Origin: Candidatus Omnitrophica bacterium UBA6253
GTDB taxonomy: Bacteria; Omnitrophota; Gorgyraeia; Gygaellales; Profunditerraquicolaceae
Length of the DNA: 64,000 nucleotides
Assembly: GCA_002441245.1 (NCBI GenBank)
Contig: DJVP01000008.1
Span: 12,593 to 76,592 of the forward strand
Direction of reading: 5' to 3'
Shown in pieces: positions 1 through 9,029 of the stretch. How positions within the stretch are numbered: position 1 is the stretch's first letter; every line of letters starts with the position of its first letter. The notes beneath the pieces were generated by a model. It worked only from the letters and a program-made list of their open reading frames with translations. It ran no database searches and was not told the DNA's origin. The translations under genes were made by a program, and so were the position numbers.

Positions 1-222
1 CTTTCTAAATCCTCCAATTTAGTCACATCGCAGGCTACAGGCAAAACCTGAACTTTAAATTTACCGGCGATCTCTTCGGCGGTTTCCTTTAAAGGGCCCG
101 GGTTACGGGCACCAATAACTAAATTGACCCCCAAACTCGCAGCGGTAGAAGCCAAGGCCTTACCAATGCCACGGCTGGCTCCGGTAACAATCGCTGTTTT
201 TCCTTTCAGATCCAAGCTCATA
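1..222 (-). CDS. SDR-family oxidoreductase, FabG-like ketoreductase. Partial: the C-terminus lies beyond the window start.
   Basis: The reverse-complement translation starts MSLDLKGKTAIVTGASRGIGKALA. It carries the TGxxxGIG Rossmann motif of SDR/FabG. The ATG is at 220-222 and overlaps the MFS gene stop. Confidence 0.8.
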
Positions 223-1354
223 TCTCTCCCCCCATATTCTTATTGTTTACCAAACGGCTTAAATATAATAAGATTAATAACCCCGAACCAAAAACCAAGA
301 AACCTAAAACGAAACTTTTTTGCATAATTAAACCACCTAGGCTTACGCCAATGCCTCCTGAGATAAAACGCACTCCGCTATTTAAACTGGCTGCTTCATT
401 TAAGAGTTCAGCCGGCAAATCTGCAAGCATAGTGGACAAACCCACATGATTAAACGTCCATCCCAGGCCCCAAACAATCATTATCAGGACAAGCAAACTT
501 AAGGGCAGTTTTATTAAAAACGAAAAAATACACATCACCATAAGGGCAATGCCTAAATTAACCACCTTTATCCGACCTACTTTGTCAGCCAAACGGCCGC
601 CCCAAACCTCGCCAAAAATACCGCTTAAGCTGGTTAGGGTAATCAACATACTGATATAAAACTGGTTTAAGTTTAGCTGGGTTGAAAAATACACCCCCAG
701 CCACTGTTGTACAGCATGATAAATTAAACTTATGAGAAAGATATAACTGAATATCTTAATAACCTTTTTATTCCTGAAAGCCTCTAAATAACCAAACCGG
801 AAATTACCTGTATCTTCTTTAAAACTGGGAAGGCAAATATACATAAATATCCAAAGTATAAATCCGCTTAGCGCCGGGATAATAAATATCAGCCTCCAGT
901 TGATTATCCCGCTAAGGAATAACCCTAATAAAGATGCCACAAATGTAGAACCAAAAAACAAGCCTATATATCGGCCGCGTTTTTCCTCATTCAGGCGCCT
1001 GGCGATTAAAATAAGGCCTAGTGGAATAACCGAGGCGCCAAATAACCCCATCATAAATCTGGCAACAAAGAGAGAAGCGATATTCTGAGAGATCCCCGCT
1101 AAAAGATTAGCCAAGGAAAACAGGAATATACAAACCAGCTCGACTTTACGGGCATCAAAGGCGCGCACCAATGGGCCGTAGAAGAATGCCGCCAGCCCAT
1201 ACGGGATCATATACAGCCAGATAATCCTGCCTACCACAAATTGAGAAAGAGCAAAATCAGCTGCAATAGACGGAATTAACGCGGCAGATGCAGCTACATT
1301 AAAAGACAGGACCGCTCCCTCTAAACAAAGGATAATAAATGTAGCCCTCTTCAC
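218..1354 (-). CDS. MFS transporter, candidate exporter
   Basis: 378 aa with about 12 hydrophobic helices and MFS-like loop motifs such as GRIIWLY and RRLNEEKRGR. Confidence 0.8.
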   Translation of the reverse strand: MKRATFIILCLEGAVLSFNVAASAALIPSIAADFALSQFVVGRIIWLYMIPYGLAAFFYGPLVRAFDARKVELVCIFLFSLANLLAGISQNIASLFVARFMMGLFGASVIPLGLILIARRLNEEKRGRYIGLFFGSTFVASLLGLFLSGIINWRLIFIIPALSGFILWIFMYICLPSFKEDTGNFRFGYLEAFRNKKVIKIFSYIFLISLIYHAVQQWLGVYFSTQLNLNQFYISMLITLTSLSGIFGEVWGGRLADKVGRIKVVNLGIALMVMCIFSFLIKLPLSLLVLIMIVWGLGWTFNHVGLSTMLADLPAELLNEAASLNSGVRFISGGIGVSLGGLIMQKSFVLGFLVFGSGLLILLYLSRLVNNKNMGGEI

Positions 1355-1791
1355 CTGGCCGCTTCTTTTTCAATAATCTCTTTAAAAATCTTTAGATTAT
1401 GCTGCGAGCCCTCATTTATGAAACCTTCAACCTGCTGGTCATTAAACTTGGCTTTTTCATCCATATGAAAATGCTGGATCCAGGTTAATTCAATACCTTC
1501 TGGCTTGGGAGTATACAACCAGATAATCTTCATATATTCAAAAGGTAATTTTGGGGCCTCGCGTTCAGCATAAGTGAAATAATTTTCCTTAAAAAGCAGC
1601 CTCCAGGACTGCCAGGACTTATCATCTTCATCCGTGAGGCGAAAAACTATTTTGTTAGCCTCTTTTTTGACCACCTCGGCTTTTTTATACTCTGTGCCGA
1701 ATAACTCTGTCCAACGCGGGATATCATTGGATACATCAAACACTAAATCATAAGGCGCGTTGATAATTATTGAATTGCACGTATGCCCCAT
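1351..1791 (-). CDS. SRPBCC polyketide aromatase/cyclase, TcmN/WhiE-ORFVI-like (Polyketide_cyc2)
   Basis: 146 aa. The N-terminus NSIIINAPYDLVFDVSNDIPRWTELF and the later FEYMKIIWLY and WIQHFHMD closely follow the pattern I recall for TcmN ARO/CYC ([26 protein letters not shown] ... AYMNLHWTY ... WVQEFDM). Confidence 0.7.
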   Translation of the reverse strand: MGHTCNSIIINAPYDLVFDVSNDIPRWTELFGTEYKKAEVVKKEANKIVFRLTDEDDKSWQSWRLLFKENYFTYAEREAPKLPFEYMKIIWLYTPKPEGIELTWIQHFHMDEKAKFNDQQVEGFINEGSQHNLKIFKEIIEKEAAR

Positions 1792-1904
1792 AATATCCTC
1801 CTAATTTTATATTCTTTCAGGCCATATAAAACGGGCGGCTTGGACTAAATTCGAGCCGCGGTGTGCGGAGAGAAACAGCCCAAGACAGGATCCGTTTTAA
1901 TAAA

Positions 1905-2705
1905 TTAATCTACAAGAGCGACAACCCGGGCCCAGGCGGCCCCGGTATTCTTAATCCGAATCGGAAAACAAATAACTTTAAAACCACAACCAGGAAGTTT
2001 CTCTAGATTAGCCAACCTTTCTATATGGATAAACTCCTTCTTGCGGCCGTAAAAATGCGCCGGGTAAAATGTTTTAGGATCATTTGTTTTTAAGAACTCG
2101 CTTAACATAAACCTATAAGGCCGGTCAATGCCCATAGTATCTACGCCGAATATTTTTATACCGGCCCCTAATAGAAACTCTATTGCAGACGGGTCAACCC
2201 CCGGATAATCTGAAAAATATCCTGGCCCACCATAAAGCTTATCCGCGCCAGTATGCAATAATACAATATCCAAAGGCTTAAGCTGGTATTTTATTTCCTC
2301 AAGCGCTGATTTTATATCATGCGCATTAATTACTTCATCTGGTTTTTTATGGGTCAGGTTTAATTTTACGCCGTTTTGATAACAATATTCCAGGGGAATC
2401 TCATCCGCTGTCTTTGATGGCCGGTTTTCTGTCTTTGAGCCATAATGGAAGGAATAATCCAGGTGGGTTCCTATATGCACCGGGGCATGCACAATCTCTA
2501 AAGACAGGAATTCCTTATCAGGCAGTTGCTCTTTCTTAATAATACGCATGCCTAATGCGTGTTTTATCTTGCCCAAAATTGTCTTGCCCATGATGACGCG
2601 GTTAAACTTGCCGACTCCGGCTTTATGGCTAACGCGCTCGATATCCACCTTGTGCACTTCAAAGGCCTTCTCGTCAATGGGCAGGCTCAGGTCAATAATC
2701 TTCAT
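1905..2705 (-). CDS. Cyclase-family protein (PF04199, 'putative cyclase', kynurenine formamidase-like fold)
   Basis: 266 aa. It has the HAPVHIGTHLDYSFH metal-binding His motif and the C-terminal GVDTMGID typical of this family. Confidence 0.75.
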   Translation of the reverse strand: MKIIDLSLPIDEKAFEVHKVDIERVSHKAGVGKFNRVIMGKTILGKIKHALGMRIIKKEQLPDKEFLSLEIVHAPVHIGTHLDYSFHYGSKTENRPSKTADEIPLEYCYQNGVKLNLTHKKPDEVINAHDIKSALEEIKYQLKPLDIVLLHTGADKLYGGPGYFSDYPGVDPSAIEFLLGAGIKIFGVDTMGIDRPYRFMLSEFLKTNDPKTFYPAHFYGRKKEFIHIERLANLEKLPGCGFKVICFPIRIKNTGAAWARVVALVD

Positions 2706-2932
2706 TTCGCTAATTTTGACTGTATAGTGCTGGCGATATCATTTATTGTTGAATTCTTGGTTATCTCTTTAATGTTAAGCTTTACCCCGAATGACTTCTC
2801 CAGGGCAATTACCGATTCCACCATTTCAGTAGAATCAACCCCGATGCTATTTTGCAAAGAAACATCGTCTTTGAGTTCTTCAATCTTTACTTTCAATAAA
2901 CTTGCTAATACTTCTTTAACTTTATCCTTCAT
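2702..2932 (-). CDS. Acyl carrier protein
   Basis: 76 aa, acidic, with GVDSTEMVE matching the ACP phosphopantetheine-attachment motif (DSL/DST). Its stop overlaps the cyclase gene start. Confidence 0.8.
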   Translation of the reverse strand: MKDKVKEVLASLLKVKIEELKDDVSLQNSIGVDSTEMVESVIALEKSFGVKLNIKEITKNSTINDIASTIQSKLAK

Positions 2933-2941
2933 CTACTCCTC

Positions 2942-4402
2942 CTATATCTGCACTTCGCCCTTGGTCGCGGCGGCTTCCCATTTATTAATACCGTTCATAA
3001 CATCCTGAAAGCAAAGTTTGGCCAGCGGATCAAAATTACTCTCCATAATACGGTTTATCCTTCCAGGCTTTGAAAAAAACTCACGCATACACCAAGAACC
3101 CAGCCTCCCTAAATCTTCCGTAGAAAGATGGTCTGTAGGGATTACCGGATGGAGAAAATCCCATTGGCTAAAGTCAACCTTCTTGGGATCGATCCAGTTT
3201 TTCTTTAAAGCAATCCTCCACATCGGAGAATTCGGGGCAGGAGTGACATAACCTACCCACAGGACATCCGGGTCCACCTGGTCAGTAAACTCAAAACGCT
3301 GTTTGACAATTTCTTCGGTATCATAATCAAAACCCATCATAATATCGGCGACAATTGCGATATCATTTTTACGAAACATCTCTATGGTTTTATTGATCTG
3401 GTCAATGGTAATGCCTTTGGCTATTTTCTTAAGCTCTGATTGAGTGGTAACCTCAATGCCAAAAACACCCATAAATAAACCGTTCTCTTTCATCAAAGGC
3501 AGGATAGATTCGCAATTAACCCAATCAATAGCCCGGCCTAAAGATACCCACTTAATCGGGTTATTAGATGCTTTCTTAAGTTCGCAAAATTTCTGCACTC
3601 TTTTAGGATCTACATTAAAATTATCATCCTGGATAACCACCACCTTAACCCCGTATTTTCTATGCAAAAGATTCAGTTCTTCCATTACCCTTTCTGGAGA
3701 TTTGGCGCGCCATTTTAAGAAATCCGATGGGGAGCGCGGGTCAAACTGGTCCCATTCATAACAAAAGGTACAGGCTGAAGGGCATCCTCGGGATGTAACC
3801 ATATCTACGAATGGTTTCCAATAAGTATGGCCTACATATTTATCCATCGGGAACAAATCATACGCCGGCAAAGGAAGTTTATCCAGATCTTGCATAAGCG
3901 GCTTATGCGGCCCCATAACAATTTTCCCATCAATACGGCAAGTAGCCCCGCCCACGTCGCCAAGCGGCTTATTTTTATCTATTGCCTCAATTAAATCCCC
4001 AAAGGATTCCTCCTCGCCCATAACCACAAAATCAACCGCGGGATTCTCCTCCAGCGTAGGCACAGGCATTGCCGAATACCATAACCCGCCAAAAATTATT
4101 TTTGTCTTAGGTAAAACTTTTTTAATCCCTATGGCCGCGTCTTTAAAATGACGCAAGACTCCATAGCCGCCATAACCGTGCAGCTGTTCACCCATAACTA
4201 CGATATCGGGATTCTTCATTTTTACCTGCTCAACCAGTTGTTCCATGGGTATTTGATCGGCCTTTCCGTCAATAACAGCTACATCTTCATAGCCTCTTTC
4301 ACGCACATACGCAGCCCAATGCGCATATAACTGGTTTGGAGATCTATGTATTCCATGAGTTGCCCAGGCACCGACTTTCGGCATAACAAATAATATCTTC
4401 AT
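2942..4402 (-). CDS. B12-binding-domain radical SAM protein, class B, candidate C-methyltransferase
   Basis: 486 aa. An N-terminal cobalamin-binding-like domain is followed by the radical SAM core CPSACTFCYEW (CxxxCxxC). Confidence 0.85.
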   Translation of the reverse strand: MKILFVMPKVGAWATHGIHRSPNQLYAHWAAYVRERGYEDVAVIDGKADQIPMEQLVEQVKMKNPDIVVMGEQLHGYGGYGVLRHFKDAAIGIKKVLPKTKIIFGGLWYSAMPVPTLEENPAVDFVVMGEEESFGDLIEAIDKNKPLGDVGGATCRIDGKIVMGPHKPLMQDLDKLPLPAYDLFPMDKYVGHTYWKPFVDMVTSRGCPSACTFCYEWDQFDPRSPSDFLKWRAKSPERVMEELNLLHRKYGVKVVVIQDDNFNVDPKRVQKFCELKKASNNPIKWVSLGRAIDWVNCESILPLMKENGLFMGVFGIEVTTQSELKKIAKGITIDQINKTIEMFRKNDIAIVADIMMGFDYDTEEIVKQRFEFTDQVDPDVLWVGYVTPAPNSPMWRIALKKNWIDPKKVDFSQWDFLHPVIPTDHLSTEDLGRLGSWCMREFFSKPGRINRIMESNFDPLAKLCFQDVMNGINKWEAAATKGEVQI

Positions 4403-4447
4403 TTCTTCTCCTTTTTAACTGCTCAACGATTTTAATTTACCTGCATG

Positions 4448-5683
4448 CTATATACTGCCTTTTTCGACTACCAGGGCTGAATTGATCCCGCCGCGGCCGC
4501 GCGAGACAATCAAAGATTTATTTACCTTATATTCCCTGGCTTGCTTAGCCACATAATTTATGTCTCTTAGAACCGGAGTATCCAGATTCAATGTCGGAGG
4601 AATCAAACTATGTTCCATAGACAAAAGTGCAATAATCATATCCAGCGCTCCGGATGCTCCAAGAAGATTACCGAACATGGATTTCGGGCAACTCACAGGA
4701 ATATTTTTCAGGGCGTCTGCGAAAACTAACCTCAGCGCCTTGATTTCAGAATTATCCCAAAGATCAACTGCCAGCCCATCCAAACTTATATAGCCGATAT
4801 CTTCAGGTTTAGCTTTAGCGTCATTAAGCGCCATATTTATAGCCCGCGCCAATTCCTTGCCATCGGAAGCAGGATTAATCCTATCTACTCCGTCGCAAGT
4901 TGTACCATATCCGCTGATAAACCCCAGAATATTTGCCCCCCTGCTCCTGGCTCTCTGGATATTCTCCAACACCACAATACCCGAGCCCTCGCCGATGACA
5001 AAACCGCTGCGGCCTTTATCAAACGGCCGGTATGCAGCTTGAGGATCATCATTGCGGGTAGAAAGCGCCCCATATGTATTGCAACATAATAAGGCGTAAG
5101 GAGTAACCGGCGCTTCCATTCCTCCAGCTAAAATCAGGTTCAATTTGTTTTTATACAAAACCTTCCTGGCATAACCTAATGCCATAAGGGAACTTGCCCG
5201 GTCACTGACCATGGTCTTGCTGAATCCCTTTATGCCATAATAAATAGATACCTGGCCTTGGGGGGCAGCGGGAAACCAGGCAGAAGCCATATAAGGAGAA
5301 ACCCCCTCCCGACCTTCTAAATACAAATCCCTTAATTCTGTCTCGGCGTAAAGCCAGCCGCCGATGGCATTGCCCAAAAATATGCCAACAAGATTCGGAT
5401 CCTCATTTTTAATATCTATACCCGCATCCTGCAAGGCTAATTCTGAAGCAACCAGCGCCATATGCGAAAAGGCATCGATCTTCTTAAGCAGCCTTTCGGA
5501 TATATGGCTATACTTTTCCAAATCATCAATTTGCCCTGCTATGTGCGCCGGGTATTTTGAAGCATCAAAACGCGTAATTTCCTTAATAAAGGAACGGCCG
5601 CTTTTAATATTCGCCCAAAACTGCCGCTTACCAATACCCGAAGGGCTGACTACCCCTATCCCTGTAATTGCTATCTTTTCCAT
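4448..5683 (-). CDS. Ketosynthase-like protein without a catalytic triad (KS-beta or chain-length-factor-like partner)
   Basis: 411 aa with a thiolase fold. The active-site stretch TMVSDRASSLMALG has no Cys. The His positions read YISLDGLAV and GNLLGASGALD, so both His are lost. Its start overlaps the stop of the upstream KS at 5683. Confidence 0.8.
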   Translation of the reverse strand: MEKIAITGIGVVSPSGIGKRQFWANIKSGRSFIKEITRFDASKYPAHIAGQIDDLEKYSHISERLLKKIDAFSHMALVASELALQDAGIDIKNEDPNLVGIFLGNAIGGWLYAETELRDLYLEGREGVSPYMASAWFPAAPQGQVSIYYGIKGFSKTMVSDRASSLMALGYARKVLYKNKLNLILAGGMEAPVTPYALLCCNTYGALSTRNDDPQAAYRPFDKGRSGFVIGEGSGIVVLENIQRARSRGANILGFISGYGTTCDGVDRINPASDGKELARAINMALNDAKAKPEDIGYISLDGLAVDLWDNSEIKALRLVFADALKNIPVSCPKSMFGNLLGASGALDMIIALLSMEHSLIPPTLNLDTPVLRDINYVAKQAREYKVNKSLIVSRGRGGINSALVVEKGSI

Positions 5684-6945
5684 TACCCACCGAACCTTTT
5701 AAAAATTAAAGAAGAGTGTATCCCGGAAAAACCACTGCTGGTTTTAAGGATCATGTTTACCTTTTTCTCGATTGCCTGATTAGGTATATAATACAAATCA
5801 CATTGAGGGTCTTTTTCCTCCTGGTTTATTGTAGGAGGAAGGATATTTTTCTCAAAAATCATGCTGGCAATGGTCATCTCAATGGCATTTGCCGCAGCCA
5901 AGGGGTGACCAATCATAGATTTAAATGAACTGATGGGCAGCTTATAAGCATACTCCCCGAAAATCGCCTTGTAAGCACTGGTCTCAAAGATATCATTCAT
6001 CCGCGTGCTTGAGCCATGGGCATTAATATAATCAATATCCGCAGGTTTAACATCAGCGTCTTTTAGTGCCAGGGCAATGCAGGTTTCCATGGCTTGGCCA
6101 TCAGAAGGAAGGTCAGTCATATGAAAGGCATTACAGCTAGTGCCAAAGCCTAAAACTTCGCAATAAATCGGCGCGTTACGTTTTAGGGCATGGTTTAATT
6201 CCTCAAGCACCAGGAGCCCCGCCCCTTCACCTAAAACGAACCCATCCCGCTTATTATCAAATGGCCGCGATGCTTTTTGAGGCTCGTCATTATGCACAGA
6301 TAAAACATTCACTACATCAAATGCACCAAAGGTAATCGGAGTAAGCGGCGCCTCTGCTGCTCCGCAAATCATTATATCCTGTTCGCCATCCTGGATAGTC
6401 TCTAAACCAAACCCTAAAGAATCCGTGCCGGCAGTACATCCTGTAGAAATAGTATTGCAGATTCCCTTTAAGCCAAAACGTGCGCTGATTTCTATTGAAG
6501 GGGTATTAAACATCGCCGCGTCATAAAGGTCAGGCCGCACAAGAGCCGGCTCAATTGGCTTCTTGCCATCTTCGGTAACTAAAGCAAACTCTTCTTCCAT
6601 ATACTTAGTGCCGCAAATCGCATTTGCCAGACAAACTCCCACGCGCTGCGGATCTTCTTTTGAAAAATTTAATTTACTATCTTCAACCGCCATTTTACCG
6701 GCGGCTACTCCAAACTGAACATAGCGGTCCATACGTATAGCTTCTTTGTGGCTTAAGCCCAGCTTAAAAGGGTCGAAATCCCTGACCTGAGAGGCAATTT
6801 TTGTATTAAAAACCGATACATCAAAACCCTCGACTAAACGCACCCCAGATTTGCCGCCTGAAAAACCATCCCAGGCATTCTTTTTACCAATGCCGTTAGG
6901 AGAAATTATTCCAATACCAGTAATAACTACTCTGCGTTTAGACAT
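5683..6945 (-). CDS. Beta-ketoacyl synthase (KS-alpha or FabF-like) with an intact Cys-His-His triad
   Basis: 420 aa. It has ISTGCTAGTDSLGFG (Cys), INAHGSSTRMND (His) and SMIGHPLAAANAIE (His). Confidence 0.9.
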   Translation of the reverse strand: MSKRRVVITGIGIISPNGIGKKNAWDGFSGGKSGVRLVEGFDVSVFNTKIASQVRDFDPFKLGLSHKEAIRMDRYVQFGVAAGKMAVEDSKLNFSKEDPQRVGVCLANAICGTKYMEEEFALVTEDGKKPIEPALVRPDLYDAAMFNTPSIEISARFGLKGICNTISTGCTAGTDSLGFGLETIQDGEQDIMICGAAEAPLTPITFGAFDVVNVLSVHNDEPQKASRPFDNKRDGFVLGEGAGLLVLEELNHALKRNAPIYCEVLGFGTSCNAFHMTDLPSDGQAMETCIALALKDADVKPADIDYINAHGSSTRMNDIFETSAYKAIFGEYAYKLPISSFKSMIGHPLAAANAIEMTIASMIFEKNILPPTINQEEKDPQCDLYYIPNQAIEKKVNMILKTSSGFSGIHSSLIFKRFGG

Positions 6946-6948
6946 AAA

Positions 6949-7554
6949 TTATTTATTCTCCTTCACTCTTTTGACCTTAAAAATAATATTCCCGCCGTCA
7001 GGGCAGGTAACCGTATCAATTGAATCCGGGTCATTCATAAAGAAAAACTTTGCCCCGAAGTTTAAGGCAAACAATGCCGGGAACGCTGTATGAAAAGCCG
7101 CCCCGCAGAAACCAGGTATACATTTTAAACCTTGCGTCTCCCATTTATCGCCAACCTTATATCCAAAACTGCATCTGCCTTTTGCCTTAACCACTTCAAT
7201 AATCATCTTCTTAGGATTAGGGCCTTTGTGATCCGGATCACGGGGGATCACCTCAAGTTTGCCTTGCCTATCCAGGACTTCTGCCTTAAACTCCAATTTC
7301 CCTCCATCAGGGCAGGTAACTAATAACGAGCGCTGATTATCGCGGAACCCGAATTTCGCCCCGAAGCTTAAAGCGTATATTACCGGAAAAAGCGCATGCG
7401 CCAGGCCTAAACAAAAATGCTCCGGCGCATGGGTGAAATCCTCTAGGAAAATTTCATCCCCAACCTTGTACCCATGATAGCATTCACCAAAAACCTGGCT
7501 GACCGTAAGCTTTAATCTTGGGAAAGGAGTATTCACAGCTCTATTTTCGCTCAT
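6949..7554 (-). CDS. Tandem-domain TIGR04076-like protein, function unknown
   Basis: 201 aa made of two homologous halves of about 95 aa each: CYHGYKVGDE...FCLGLAHALFPV...FGAKF...VTCPDGGKLEFK and CSFGYKVGDK...FCGAAFHTAFPA...FGAKF...VTCPDGGNIIFK. Confidence 0.5.
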   Translation of the reverse strand: MSENRAVNTPFPRLKLTVSQVFGECYHGYKVGDEIFLEDFTHAPEHFCLGLAHALFPVIYALSFGAKFGFRDNQRSLLVTCPDGGKLEFKAEVLDRQGKLEVIPRDPDHKGPNPKKMIIEVVKAKGRCSFGYKVGDKWETQGLKCIPGFCGAAFHTAFPALFALNFGAKFFFMNDPDSIDTVTCPDGGNIIFKVKRVKENK

Positions 7555-8564
7555 TTTAATTTGGCAACTTTTTGAATTCTTTCAAATAACTCAGCTTTAC
7601 TATAAAACTTTTTACTTTTCTCAACCTCATGCACCATATCAACCAAGACGCTATTTAAAGGCGACTGAATATTATTTTTCCCGGCAAGACGCACAAATTC
7701 CCCGTTGATATAATCAATTTCTGAATTGCGCCCTCGCATAATACTTTGCAATATAGAGCCATAAAGCGGCTCCTTACTCAAATTTCTCATGGTTTGTGAA
7801 AAGATTTCTGCTGCTTGAGCAATCGGCAAAGAGGTTAACTTAACAACATTCTCCACAGGAAAACCCGGCAGGGAAACTAATTTTATGCCTGCCTTATCAA
7901 CAACACCAAGCGCCTCTTTCCAGATAGCAATACTTATATGGCTTATATCGTGGTCACTAAAAACCTCCTGCATGCTCTTACCTAATATCCCCGGCAGGCA
8001 GTTGTTAGCATTAGCGAATATTTTTAAAAACTTCATCCCGGTAATATCCTCGGCTATTATAACGGGAAATGCCTTATTTAAAACACGGCTTAAATCCGGT
8101 AATACTTCTGGATGCCTTCCATCAAAAGGCCAACCTATTATCCAGGGTCCTTCAAAATTATGCACCAGCTTGGCCGACTCCAAATAAGTGGAGCCGAACA
8201 TAACAATACTGGAAACTATATTTTCTTTAGGCAGTAATTTCGCAACAATGCTGTCCGCCTGCACGCCATTCTGGATAGTCAGAATTAATGCATTGCGAAT
8301 AAGGCTTAAGTTATTTTTTATGGCGTATTCAATATCCTGGGTTTTAGTCGCCAGGATCACTAGCTCCGGAGCATAATTAAGCTGTTCGGAAATATTGATC
8401 TTGACCCTAAAGGTTCCCCGTACACCGGATATCTGCAGTCCGTTTATTTTTATAGCTTCTATTGAATTCGTCCGGCCGACTAAAGATACATCCTGGCCTT
8501 CTAATTTAAGATAAGCGGCCACAAGACAGCCAATCGCACCCGAACCAATAACCCCTATATGCAT
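7551..8564 (-). CDS. Ketopantoate-reductase-family (PanE/ApbA) NAD(P)-dependent oxidoreductase
   Basis: 337 aa. N-terminal MHIGVIGSGAIGCLVAAYL Rossmann motif, with length and C-terminal domain typical of 2-dehydropantoate 2-reductase family ketoreductases. Confidence 0.7.
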   Translation of the reverse strand: MHIGVIGSGAIGCLVAAYLKLEGQDVSLVGRTNSIEAIKINGLQISGVRGTFRVKINISEQLNYAPELVILATKTQDIEYAIKNNLSLIRNALILTIQNGVQADSIVAKLLPKENIVSSIVMFGSTYLESAKLVHNFEGPWIIGWPFDGRHPEVLPDLSRVLNKAFPVIIAEDITGMKFLKIFANANNCLPGILGKSMQEVFSDHDISHISIAIWKEALGVVDKAGIKLVSLPGFPVENVVKLTSLPIAQAAEIFSQTMRNLSKEPLYGSILQSIMRGRNSEIDYINGEFVRLAGKNNIQSPLNSVLVDMVHEVEKSKKFYSKAELFERIQKVAKLK

Positions 8565-8566
8565 AG

Positions 8567-8845
8567 TTAACTCTGGCCTTCAGGAAAGCCGTATTTCTTG
8601 TAATCAAATCCATTTTGCTCTAAAAGACGGACCATCATGCTGTAAAAAGGCGATGGCACGTCAGAAAAAAAGGCGCTGACCACATCCTGCTCCTCTACCT
8701 GGGAGGATTTACGCAAAAGGGCATTATTTTGCGCCTGCTGAATAACCACTGACTCAGTAATCCGGCGGTGAAATACGGGGATCTTGGATATCAACAGTTT
8801 AAACTTTTCTTCAGTTTTAGTTTCCCAAACCATAACTGGCCTCAT
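8567..8845 (-). CDS. Hypothetical small protein, first ORF downstream of the PadR gene
   Basis: 92-aa ORF with no recognisable motif. It sits 3 nt upstream of the PanE-like gene. Confidence 0.35.
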   Translation of the reverse strand: MRPVMVWETKTEEKFKLLISKIPVFHRRITESVVIQQAQNNALLRKSSQVEEQDVVSAFFSDVPSPFYSMMVRLLEQNGFDYKKYGFPEGQS

Positions 8846-8880
8846 TAGGAATAAAAGTTACATCCGGGATGTTAATTTCA

Positions 8881-8902
8881 ATATAGTAAAATTTTACTAT
8901 AT
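8881..8902. promoter_or_regulatory. 22-bp perfect palindrome ATATAGTAAAATTTTACTATAT, a candidate operator
   Basis: An exact inverted repeat seen in the sequence. It lies between a sigma70-like promoter and the first cluster ORF, directly downstream of the PadR gene. Confidence 0.4.
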
Positions 8903-8913
8903 TTTATTTGATT

Positions 8914-8942
8914 ATTTTATAATCTAGCGCCATTTTTGTCAA
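8914..8942 (-). promoter_or_regulatory. Sigma70-like promoter: TTGACA, 17-nt spacer, TAAAAT
   Basis: Minus-strand read TTGACA AAAATGGCGCTAGATTA TAAAAT, with the -35 at 8937-8942 and the -10 at 8914-8919. This is sequence inspection only. Confidence 0.3.
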
Positions 8943-9029
8943 GCAAGAAATTGGGCACCTTATAGTTTTTGTCTGGCGAAATCCTGCCGAGTTTACGAAA
9001 CAGGACAAGCCCCTTTCAAGGATGAAAGA

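Noticed and set aside
124-449. Plus-strand ORFs of 67-68 aa. The many other 60-180-aa ORFs lying antisense within long minus-strand genes in this window are rejected on the same grounds.
   Set aside because: They are fully embedded antisense in well-supported protein genes with clear domain signatures. There are no start or RBS signals, and they have low-complexity translations.
4448-6945. Interpreting the two KS genes as housekeeping fabF/fabB
   Set aside because: The downstream copy lacks Cys and both His and cannot be a functional condensing enzyme. The operon has no fabD, fabZ or fabI. It is flanked by polyketide-type cyclases and an rSAM enzyme.
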